From Hormoscilla sp. (GTDB lineage: Bacteria; Cyanobacteriota; Cyanobacteriia; Cyanobacteriales; Desertifilaceae), in assembly GCA_051439505.1 (NCBI GenBank), contig JBFRWI010000151.1:19413-83412 (forward strand): a DNA stretch of 64,000 nt, given 5' to 3'. The notes under the pieces were generated by a model. It did no database searches. It saw only the letters and a program-made list of their open reading frames with translations, and was not told the origin of the DNA. Shown here one piece after another: positions 21,701 to 33,700 of this stretch. Positions within the stretch are counted from its first letter, which is position 1. Each line of letters starts with the position of its first letter. A program made the position numbers and the translations under genes.

Positions 21701-24700
21701 TTAGCCGTTTTGGACGACCGGGAAGCAGTGAAAGATACTTTGGTGGGGAGGTAGACGAACTCAGAGTTTGGAACGTCGTGCGCACGGCATCCGAAATCCA
21801 GAATAACCGCTTTCTAAGCCTCACTGGCAACGAATCTGGCTTGGTTACCTACTATACCTTTGATGAAAGCAATAATGGGACGATCGCCGATGGCAGTGGC
21901 AATGGCAACGATGGCACGCTCCAGGGAGCCCCGAGTTTCGCTCCTTCCCTTCTTCGCAACAGGGTCACCGCTGATGAAGAGACTACGAGCGGTTCATCCC
22001 TGGCAGATCCTGGAGATACTCCCTTTACCATCGGCGCATCTCTCAACAATAGCAGTTTCTTTGATGGGGCGATCGACAACCTGGCCATATGGGATCGAGC
22101 CCTCACCCAAGAGGAAGTGGAAAGCCTGACCTACCAAACCCTTACCGGTGCGGAAGATAATCTAGTCTTCTACAGCGACGGGGAGACCCTCCAAGGGGAC
22201 GCAACTCTGGTCACTTCTAGTCTGGAAGACAGTGGTTTCAGCCAGAACATTGTCGAGTTTGCCCCTGGTGAAACAACGGCGGAAGTGGGCATATTGCCAA
22301 TAAATGGAGATGACATCGACAGCAATACAAATGATGACATCACCTTAACCCTGGAAGGCAGTAATTCCGTCCTTTACGAGCTAACCACCAGCAGTGCCGA
22401 AATTCAGTTGGAAGAGGATGATGAAGTCGGGATAATCTTCGCAACCCTGACAGAACAAGGCATCCTGGACGATCGGGCGATCGCAGACCTGATAGATATC
22501 GAACTGCTGACCTTTAACTCTTCGGATGATGGGACGACGGCGACGGCGAACTTCCGAGTCCGCCTCACCGAAGATCCAACGGCAGAGGTGACAGTTACCA
22601 TAACTGATGGGAATGGCACGGACAGCACCTCATTTACCTTTGACAGCACCAACTGGGATGACTATCAACAGACGGATACGAATAGCAACCTGGATCTAAC
22701 ATTCGATTCCAGTTATCTGGTGAACGTCTCCGCCAGTAGCACCGATACATCCGATACAACCTATAACATCAATGCCATGTCCCTGCCCCTGACGGTAGCA
22801 GAGCAAGCAACGGAGATATCGGAGCTATTCACAAAGGAAGCTGATGTGACGGTAACGACGACAACAATAGATATAGAGTTTGCTGATGCAACAGATCTAA
22901 CTGTCACGGCGGACAGCCTGGACACGGTGAATCTTCAGATTAGTGCGAGCGCGTCCTTCACCAGTGCGACCCTGATAGAAGGTCAGACCCTAGAGTTTGA
23001 TGGGGGAGTGGAACTGATCGTCGAGGAAAATACAGATATTACGAACGCTCCCACTCCGGTGAATGTCTCTGTCAGCACCGGGGGGACGATCGCCACTACA
23101 GATGTGGCGGCGGAAATCCCATTAATCGCAACAATAGAGCTAGAGTTTGCTGATGCCACAGATCTAACTGTCACGGCGGGCAGCGTGGAAACGGTGAATC
23201 TTCAGATTATGGCTAATTCGTCCCTCACCAGTGCGACCCTGACACAAGGTCAGACCCTGGTGTTTGATGGGGGAGTGGAACTGATCGTCACCGAAGATAC
23301 AGATATTACGGACGCTCCCACTCCGGTGAATGTCTATGTCAGCACGTCCGGGACGATCGCCACTACAGATGCGGCCTCAATCACAACAACAGAAGAAACC
23401 ATAACCACCACGAGTACGTACAGCACCACCTTTGCAGTGGGACTTCAGAGCGAACCCACTAGCGATGTTACCTTTGACCTGGAGATTAACGATGCTGGTA
23501 CCAATGAAGGAATTTTTGACTCGGACACGACAACCAGGAGCCTGACTTTCACCCCTGATAACTGGGATAGCTATCAAGAAGTGACGCTTTATGGGGTTGA
23601 AGACCATGAGGTAGATGGAGATCAAACCTACAGCATCAGCGTTACGAATGTAAGTAATAACGATGGCCCGTATGAGAGCGAGACTGGTACCCTCTCAGTC
23701 ACCAATGAGGACATAGATGAGGCGGTGGAGGAACTGGACTCCGACGAAAGCAGTTTAATCAGTGGCGACATTGTCGCGAGCTTTACTCAGAGCAAGGTAG
23801 AAGTAAATGAAGACGGCACTGTAGACACGACTTTCACCGTCAGCCTAAGCGAAGAAGCCCCCGCAGGGGGACTAATTGTCAACTTTGAATTTGTCGAGGG
23901 TCTGGGGACAGCTACCCTGGGAGAAGATACTCAAGTACTGTTTTCCCTGGCCTCGGTAGACAATTTCCTGGGTGAGGTAGAAGTCAGTCCTGAGTTTGGT
24001 GCTCAGCCAGTATTTGTGGATATTGATGGTGATGGGGATGAAGATGCTTTCATTGGCAGCTCTAAGGATAATGGGGGGGTGACGTTTTTCCAAAATCAAG
24101 GCACCCGGGACATCCCCAGCTTTGAGGAAATCTCTAATGGTGAGGCGAACGAGATCACTGGAGATCTGATATCCTTGACGGCCAGTAGCGGAGCACTAGC
24201 GTTCGTAGATCTAGACGGCAATGGTGTCTTTGATGCCTTGACCTCGGAAGCAGATCCTGCTGATGCGATAGATGCGATAGATGCGATCGCCGAAAACCTG
24301 GGAAACTTGAGAATCCCCATGTTTGTTGATTCATCGACCTCCAACAATTCCCTGGAGAACATTATCGGGAACTCTTCGACATCCAGCGATATCCCACCAG
24401 TTCCAGCCTTTGTGGATATCGACGACGATGGGGATGAAGACCTGTTTATCACCTTAGTAGAACAAGATACCGAAAAGATCGTCTACTACATCAACGATGG
24501 CAGCACCGACGACCCCTTCGGCAGCGCTACTAGCAATGACTTTAATGATTTGTTAGCTGATGGCCAGGCAGCCATATCATCGGAGATAGAAGGCAAGTCG
24601 ATCGTCTTTGAAGACATAGATAACGACGGGGACTTCGATGCTTTCATCGGGAAGAACTCAGGGGAGATTGTCTATTACGAGAATGTTCCTGATGAGGAAG

Positions 24701-27700
24701 GGATGGCCGAATTCCAACTGAAGACAGAAGAGTCCTTTCTGCTAAGGAATGTAAATATTGGCAGTACTAGCCGACTGGCCTTTACGGACATAGATTCTGA
24801 CGGGGATGTAGATGCCTTTGTTGGCAGCGGTGAGGGCTACGTGACCTTTTACGAAGGGGGTATCGGACAAATCCTGATTCCCGAAGAGGCAACTGAGGTC
24901 ACGGTAGACCTGAACGAACTGATTATAGATGATGCGATCGCCGAAAACACCGAAACATTTGACATAGAACTCCTGGCGCACATCGGCAAAGCGACCCTAA
25001 GGGTGGTCCGCAATTATAACCCCACGGATGGTACGATCGGACTGCAACTGACGGACGAAGACAATGCATTAGCCTCTACAAGCTATACCATTCCAGCAGG
25101 ATCCCATCTGAGCTTTACCGTGGGAGGGGAGATAGTAACCATAGCGCCAGTGTCCGATGTTACCCTCACCCAAGACACCCAATTCGATATCGAAGTAACG
25201 GTGTCCGAAGGGGATGCCACGAGTCTAAGCGCGAATTCCAGTAACCCCATCACGACGGTCTTCGATGTCACGGACTACGAAGTTGACGAAACAGCCAAGA
25301 CCCTCTCGGTGACGATCCTAGACGACGACGAAGCCCTTGTTAATATCAGCGAAACGAGCTTCACCACGAGTGAAAATGGAACAACATCAAGCAGCTTTAC
25401 GGTGACTCTGGACAGCGAACCGACGGAACCAGTCACGGTTTACCTGGGCACGAACGATACCAGTGAAGGACTCTTAGCCCAAACAGTGGATTTGCAAATC
25501 ACTGAAGCCTACGACTCTAGCACCGGTGAAATCGGCTTGCGGATAGACAACTCCGGCATCTACGGCCTGGTATTTGATGCGGGTAGCACCCTAGTCTTTG
25601 GCGATGGCAGCACGGCGACAGTGAGTGAAACGACGATCGTCTACAACTCCGACGAAGGAGCAGATGTGCCGATAACAGGGGATAGCGCCGATCTGACTAA
25701 TATCGCTAGCCTGGCAGAAGAAGATGACACGGGCAGCCTTGTAGGGGAGTTGGATGTCACGGGCAGCCTTGTAGGGGAGTTGGTGGAACTCGGCTTTGAC
25801 GCCACGAACTGGGATGAGGCCCAAACAGTCACCATCATCGCTCAAGATGACGACGTGGAGGATGGCGATATCTCCTACGAGATCCGCAGTACCGTTGTCA
25901 GTGCTGACATCAAGTATCACGAAGATACGGTGCCCCTGGAAGTATTGGCCTACGATGCCAGTACGGCCACGGTAACGGTGCAGATCGATAGCCTGCGGGT
26001 GCGCGAGACTACCCTGGCAGCGGGCACCTCTTTGAAGTTCGCCAACGGCACCATCGCCACGGTCGATAGTGATAGTGCTGTAGAACTGAGCAATACAAGC
26101 TCTACTGAGGTAAGCTTGACTCTGGATACCGCAGCCTTAGGCGCAGGAGCAGTCAGTACGGGATTGGTCAGCAACGCCGACAGCGACAACGTCAGTGCTG
26201 AGGTGCGGGTCACTCAAGCCTACGATCCCAACACCGGAACCATTGGTTTGGAACTGGTAGATCCGGGGAATCTGCGCCTGGAATACGATGCGGGCACCAC
26301 GATAATCTTTGAGAATGGAGCAACCATTACCCTTGACGACGCGGTCTCCGTGCGCAGCACCAATGAAAAATTAGTCAGCGTTACCCTGAACGCATCTAAT
26401 GTCACCATTCCAGTTGGAGAAACCACGCGCTTCACCGAAAGCATCTCCTCAGACATTACGGTCACTAACAGCGATGACGATACGGCAGGGGTGACGATCG
26501 CGATTAACGGGGATGCCTTAGCTGAAGGAGTGGAGAATAATTTCTTCAGCGTGGTGCTGAACAGCGAACCTACTGGAGAGGTAAATCTGATCCTGAGTCC
26601 ATCGGACAACGAAATTCAGTTAGAAGACGAATTTGATGGAACGCGCTACACGGCAACCTTTGACGAGACCAATTGGAACATACCTCAAACCATTGAGGTA
26701 ACGGCAGTAGATGACTTTGAAATCGAATACAACCACTCCTCCACCATTACCTTTGACCTGGAAAGTGACGATGATTTCTATAACGAAGATAGCCTCGTAG
26801 CAGATAAAGAAGTCCAAATCTTCATCGAAGACAACGACTTTCCCGTTGCCAATGTAGAAGCAGTTGCAGGGGCGATCGAAGCGAACGCCCCGGGGTACTT
26901 CGCCATCACCCTTAACCAGGCGGTCTCCGATGACTTTGATAGCACGGGTATCGTCGTCAACTACCGTATTAGCGGCACGGCAGATGCCGATGGGGATGAA
27001 ACGAACGAAACCGATGACCTGCAACCGATTTCTGGGTCGGCCCGCATCGCCCCCGGTCAAAGGAGCAGCCCGTTAATTGCTTTCCCGATCGACGACTTCA
27101 AGGTAGAGGGGGTTGACCTCATTGTTAATAGCGCAGCTACGATTACTAGCGGCGGCGGTGCGATCGAGCTGGAAATAGATGTCTTTCCCTTCATGGGGAG
27201 TTACACTGCCGGGGCAGACACCATCGAGTTGCAACTAGACACCAGTTCAGATGATGAGGTGAAGACGATCCTTTCCGGTGGCACGACCTTAATCTTGCCT
27301 AATGGTGAAGTAACGGTGGCAACGACCGCGATCGTCAGTAACCAAGAGAGCACGATAGTCGAGCTGAGCGAGACTGACAGCAATAGTTTCTCGGATAGCT
27401 CAGTTTACCAGCAGATAGACCTGCCAGCGGGAACTGAATTGAAATTGGGCGATCGCACTGTCAGCGTGAGGGAGGACGCAACCGTCACTAACGAAAGCAG
27501 CACGTCAGTTACGGTTGAATTTGCCGACGATCTCACCGACGCTCTGGATGTGGCCGATGGTGACACCACTCAATTGCAGGGAGAGATCGTCACGGTCACC
27601 TTAGACAGCGGAGATAACTATGAGATCGGTGATGCTGATTCGGCCAGCATGACGATCCAAGATAATGACAAGCCTGGGGTGCGAATTGTGGAAATAGGAG

Positions 27701-30700
27701 GGGTTACCACAGTTGAAGAAGGAGCCTCATCTGGCAGCGAGTTCTTTGTTTCCCTGCTGAGTCAACCCGAAAGCGAGGTCGAACTCACCCTCAGCAACAG
27801 TACTAGCAATAGCGCCAATCTCAATGTTCTCAGCTATGACGGCTCGAATATCGCGCTACAAGTCGCAGATACAGAGGATATAAGTGCCCTCACTCTCCCC
27901 GTTGACGCCACTTTAACCTTCTTTGATAGCAGCGGTAGCGAGTTGGGCACGGGCACCATTGACAACGAGTTTTTCGTTGATGACACCGACGAAGGTACGA
28001 CAGACGAAGCGACAGAGACCTTAACCACCAGCGACGATCTCAGCACTGCCTCTACTGCCACCTACAGCTACACCGAGTTTTCATTCCCAGAGGGAAATGA
28101 CAATGATAGTGATGACATCAACGAGGAAATCACTCTCACCTTCGATTCCACGAACTGGTACGAACTCCAGTCAGTGACGGTGTTTGGAGAAGATGATAAC
28201 GTCGTGGAAACCGGAGATTTTCATACTAGCAACATCGAGTACTCTGCCACCGGAGATCCCACATACGCAAATCTCACTATTGCCGACCAAAGCATCCGGA
28301 TAATCGATCGGGTCTTGGAGAAAGAACAAACGATCGAGGCCCTAGCGGAAGGGTTCCTAGCAGTGCAAGACACCCTGGATAATCTGGAATTGCCGATCGT
28401 GGGCCAGATGGGGGTATTCGGTATCTTTGACGAATTTTTGAACGAACTGGTGGATGCCTTAGAGGCACAAGAATATATCACCGCAGATGTTCTGGCTGAA
28501 ACTATAGGGGATACGATCACCGCTCAGTTGGGGGTAGACGAACTGACAGTTGAAGTGACAGACCTTTCCGACACGAATGTCGCTTTGCTGCTCAGCTATG
28601 AGGATACTCTGGAAGAGGCGATCGCCCTAGATACGGACCTGGGCCTGCCAGCATTAGGACTGGGGATTGAAACTAGCGGGGATCTGGAACTGACCCTGGA
28701 CTACGACCTAGACCTGGCCTTTGGCATCAACAGCGACGATGGGTTCTATCTGGATATTTATAGTGAGGAAACTGACGAAGATAACGATGGCGAAACGGAC
28801 AATGTGGGGACAAGCTTGACCGCCAACGCATCCCTGGCCCTGAGTAATGAATTTACGGCCACGGGCAACATGGCATTCCTACAGGTGGATTTTGCCAACG
28901 GTCTTGACAGTGGTAACTCTACCTCAGGTACAAATATCAGTGCCGAGATCGATGCTAGCTTCCAGAATCCCAACAATGCCAACGACAAAACCCTGACCTT
29001 GAGCGAACTGACGGATTTACGCGGCACGAGCAACATTTTCGACTTCCTCCAGTATGAATTGGATGGAAGTGCCGCCATAGACTTCCTCGTGACCACCTCC
29101 GTAGAAGGGGATACCCAGTTCCCCTCTCTCAGCTTCAACTTGGAGTCAGAACTGAACCCGTTGTTCAATGCCGCTAACAACTCAGAGACCTCAACTCTCA
29201 GCGAGTTCACGATTGACTTCACTGAGATCCAAATGGACTTCGGCGAATTCATTTACAACATGGTGGGTCCGATAATTACAGATGTCAACGACTTCCTGGA
29301 TGAGTCGGGTCTGGTGGACGTGATTGAGTTCCTAACCGAGGAGATCTCCCTCATAGAAACCCTGGATCTGGTAGATGACTTCGATCGGGACGATGACGGT
29401 GGGGTGAACGTGCTGGAACTGGCCCTGACGATCGTGGAAGCAACATCGGATCTGGAGGATCCGAAATATCAGGAGTTCTTTGATGCGGTACTGCTGATCG
29501 CAGACACGGCGGACCTGATCGTAGATACCCTGGAAAATTTTGAGAACGAGGGAGCTATTTTACTGAACTTCGGCGAGTATTCTTTTGACTTCAATGCAGC
29601 AGACTCTAATAACGACACCAGCAGCCTAGATCCAGAAGAGGAACAGAAAGAAGAGGATACTTTAAACGACACTGCCCTGTCAACAGCGGAAGACGACCTC
29701 GAAAACTCAACCGAGAACGACTCTCTGTTCGAGGTGTTCGACAAGATGGATGAACTGGGAATCAGCTTCCCTCTATTGGAAGACCCCTTCACCATCATCA
29801 ATCTCTTCTTCGGCCAAGATGTAGACCTGGTGACCTACGACGTGCCCGAACTCGACCTAGAGTTTCCCTTGTCAGCAGAATTTCCGATTTTCACGGGCAT
29901 CAATGGTGTTTTGGAAGGAAGTCTGGCAGTGTCCTCAGATCTGGAAGTTGGGTTTGATACCTTTGGCTTTAGTCAATGGGAAGAGACCGGGTTTGACATC
30001 GAAGATTCCTACCTGATACTGGACGGGATCTACCTGAACGATCTCGACGACGAGGGCGAAGACGTGCCGGAGTTGGAATTGAATGCGACGATCGCAGCGG
30101 GGGTAGAGGTAAATGCAGTGGTGGCGAGCGTTAAAGCTACTGGCGGACTGGAAGGGTCAGCGGAATTAGATGTAGTTGATGAAGGGCAATATACCGGCCA
30201 AAGCGATGGGAAATTCCGCATCTCAGAGCTGGTGAACGGTTTGAGTAACCCCCTATCCTTGTTGGAACTTTCCGGGGAACTGGCAGCCTTCCTGCGGTTG
30301 GTGGTGAAAGTAGGGATTGATGTGGGTTTATTCGAGGTCACGAAAAAAGTTTTGGATGAAGAACTGGCGCGGGTAACTCTGTTTGAATTCACCCTGGGTG
30401 GAGATACGACGAGTGGAGATTCATCGGGCAGTTACATTGCCGATGGGACAGTATTTTTTGATGGCAACTTCAACCAGAAATTGGACCCCACCGAACCCTT
30501 TACCACCACGGATGCCTACGGTCACTACGTCTTGGAAATTCCCCCATCCTTCGATCTCAACTCCGATGGCGTTATAGACGAGATCGACGGTCAACTGGTA
30601 TCGAGGGGCGGGGTGGATAGTTCTAGCGGGGTATCGGCAGGCACCTTAATAGCCCTGCCGGGTTCGACAATTATTTCTCCCCTCACGAGTCTGAAGGCAG

Positions 30701-33700
30701 AACTATATCAACTGGATCTGGATCCCGATGCAGCAGAAACCCTGGTCTTAAATCAACTGGGACTAGAAGGCATCATCGATCTAGATAGTTTCGACGCCCT
30801 GGAAGCGGTCGGATCTAACGAAGAACTGGGTCTGGATACCTATCTAAATCACGTCAAAATCCAAGCCCTATTTAACAATGCCCGTGGTTTTTTGCACGGC
30901 CTGCAACAAGCTGACCCCACCCTGGCAGTAGATGGCAACAACCTGCAAAATGTTCTCGAAGCAGTTGCTCAGTTCTTTATCGATCGCCCGGCCACGGAAC
31001 CATGGGATCTCAATGATATGGCAGAGGTGCGGCCTTTCTTCCAGTTCCTGGTCGATCGCAATGAGGTTTCAGCAACAGCAGCACAGATTGATGCTATAAC
31101 TCAAATCGTCACTGACAGCAACAGTTTCCTAGATGAAGCTACCGCCGTCGCCCAACCCTTGGGTTTAACCAGTACCATCCCGGTTATAGCTTCGGTCAAG
31201 CGGGTCATGCAAGGAGATTTACCCGCGATCGCGCGACAATTGGGCAACGGCAACTTTACCCCCCCAGATGCCCTGGCAGAATTCGACAGCACGATAAATC
31301 AAAACTACGTGCTGGTGGATGCAGACATCAACGCCTTTGGCAACCGCAGCGTGGATATTACGGTGGATGCAGACAGCGTCAACGAAAATGAAGGGGCGAT
31401 CGCTCAATTTAGCATCAACCTGAGCGATCCGGCTCCCAATCAGGGATTGAACCTATTCTATGCCATCGACGGCACGGCATCTGAGGGCCAAGACTATGAC
31501 TTGCCAGGCACTGGGACGGGTCAACTGTTCGTGGCCCCTGACGAAACCCAGGTCACCATTGACGTGACCATCTTAGATGACAATGCCTCGAAAGGATTGG
31601 AAGCTTTAACCTTAACTCTGGTGACCGTGGGAGAAGGTTACCTGATCGATCCCTTGGGAAGCAGCGCCACTCTGCGCATCATCGATGACGAACCACCGCT
31701 AGAAGAATCCCTGCTGGATCTGAGCGATGTGATAGAAGGGACGATCGGCAATGATAACTTAACAGGAACAGAAGATTCAGATTGGCTTGACGGCAAAGAG
31801 GGCAATGATGAGATCGCGGGGGAAGGCAGCAGCGATTTGATCTTCGGCGGCTATGGTTTGGATATATTGAGCGGTGGTGACGGCAATGACGTAATTCTGG
31901 GCCACTATGGGGACGATAGCCTGTTCGGAGAAGCAGGGGACGACGAACTGCGAGGTGGTTCGGGGGGAGATTTCCTAGATGGAGGGCCCGATAATGACAT
32001 TATCAATGGCTTAGAAGGACCCGATCGGCTGTTTGGGCGTTCCGGCGCCGATCGGCTGATTGGGGGTCAAGCGATCGATCTGTTAGACGGCGGTTTCGAC
32101 AACGATATACTCGAAGGGGGTTCCGGTGCCGATCTGATAATTGGCGGTCCGGGAGACGATCTGTTCATTGGCGGGGACGACAACGATTTGTTCGTGCTCA
32201 ACTTACCCAACCAAGGGTTCGATCGCATATTCGACTTTGACCCTGATGAAGGGGATGTGATTTATATAGTCGATTCCAGTTCCACCGTGACCCTCGACCA
32301 GTTGCGCTTCGTGAATGGAATCTTGGATCTAAACGGAGAGAATCTGGCGTTGATCCAAAATGAAGACCAAACCTATGCCTTCTTCCCGAATTTAGAGGGG
32401 ATAATTCAGATTGTATCTGAGTTGCCACCTGTACCGACCAATCCAGGTGGACCGGGTGGTCCCGGACAAGGTGGTCCCGGACAAGGTGGTCCCGGACTTC
32501 AACCCCAGGTTGCCGATAAAGTTGTCACCGAAGGGCTAGCAGATGACCCGGCGGACCTCAGTCAAGACCTGTTGACCCAAATATTAGATCGGGGCTGGGT
32601 GCGAGTGGCCATTACCGAATTCACCAATGGCTACAACCGGGAATTAGCATCAGGATTAGCAGCAGCTTTATTTGGCGACCCAACTGCTATAGAATTCGCG
32701 ATCCTCCCGGAAACAGAAATCTTGGCAGCGGTAGCGTCGGGCCACGTAGATATCTCCTACGAACTCTTCACTCCTACTCTGGAAAGTGATGCCGCTGAGG
32801 GCATAGATTTTGGCCCCAACGTCTTCTACAACAGCCAGGTAATTCTCTTTAAGCCCGATGCTGGCATTACCGATGCTTTTGACTTAGAGGGCAAAAATAT
32901 GGGCATAGTGCGAGACTCAGCAGGTTTAAGGGAACTGAATCAACTGTTGAGTGACAATTCTATTAATGCCAATCCGATCTTCTTTGACTCCCTCGACGAT
33001 TTGGTGAGGGCTTATGATGATGGAGAGGTAGACGCGATCGTCCAAGACTATGAGAGCCTGCGACGCTTTAATACCTTCAGCAATGCAAATTCTTTCAACT
33101 TCCTGGATTTAGATCTAGCGGTGGAGCCCAAGGCCCCAGTCATAGCCGAAAATCAATCGCCATGGGCGGACGTGGTGCGATGGGTTTCTCAAGTGCCAAG
33201 TCAGGCAGAAGAACTAGATATCTTCTCGCGCAACCTGGAACGCTTTGTCTCTAACAGTACCGACGATCGCATTCGTCGTTTCCTCGGTAACAGCGGTAAC
33301 TTGGGAGAACAGTTGGGCGTCCGCTCCGACTTTGCCTTCCAGGTACTAGATGCTGTAGGGAATGCCGAAGACTTGTTTATCGATCGCTTTGACATCCGCC
33401 ACCGCAACCGCAATCATCTATGGATTAACGATGGTTTGGTGTATGGGGCTCCCTTCTCGGACACCGACCAGACAGGAGAGTTGTTAGACAATGACTCGCG
33501 CGATGTCCTGGCAGAAGTGCGGGCCCGAGGAAGGGTCAACTTTGGGATAGTGGGCGATCGCGTGGGCTTCTCTGCCGAGGCCAACGGCGAACTGACGGGA
33601 TTTGATGTTGACTTGGGCAAAGCACTGGCCGCCGCCGTATTTGGCGATGCTACCGCTGTCGAATTTATCGAGCAGGGTGTTAATTCGGGCGATCGCCTGC

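Noticed and set aside
20542..21950. Diversity-generating retroelement TR/VR pair
   Set aside because: Both copies are in-frame coding modules, differences are not confined to adenines, and no reverse transcriptase is present
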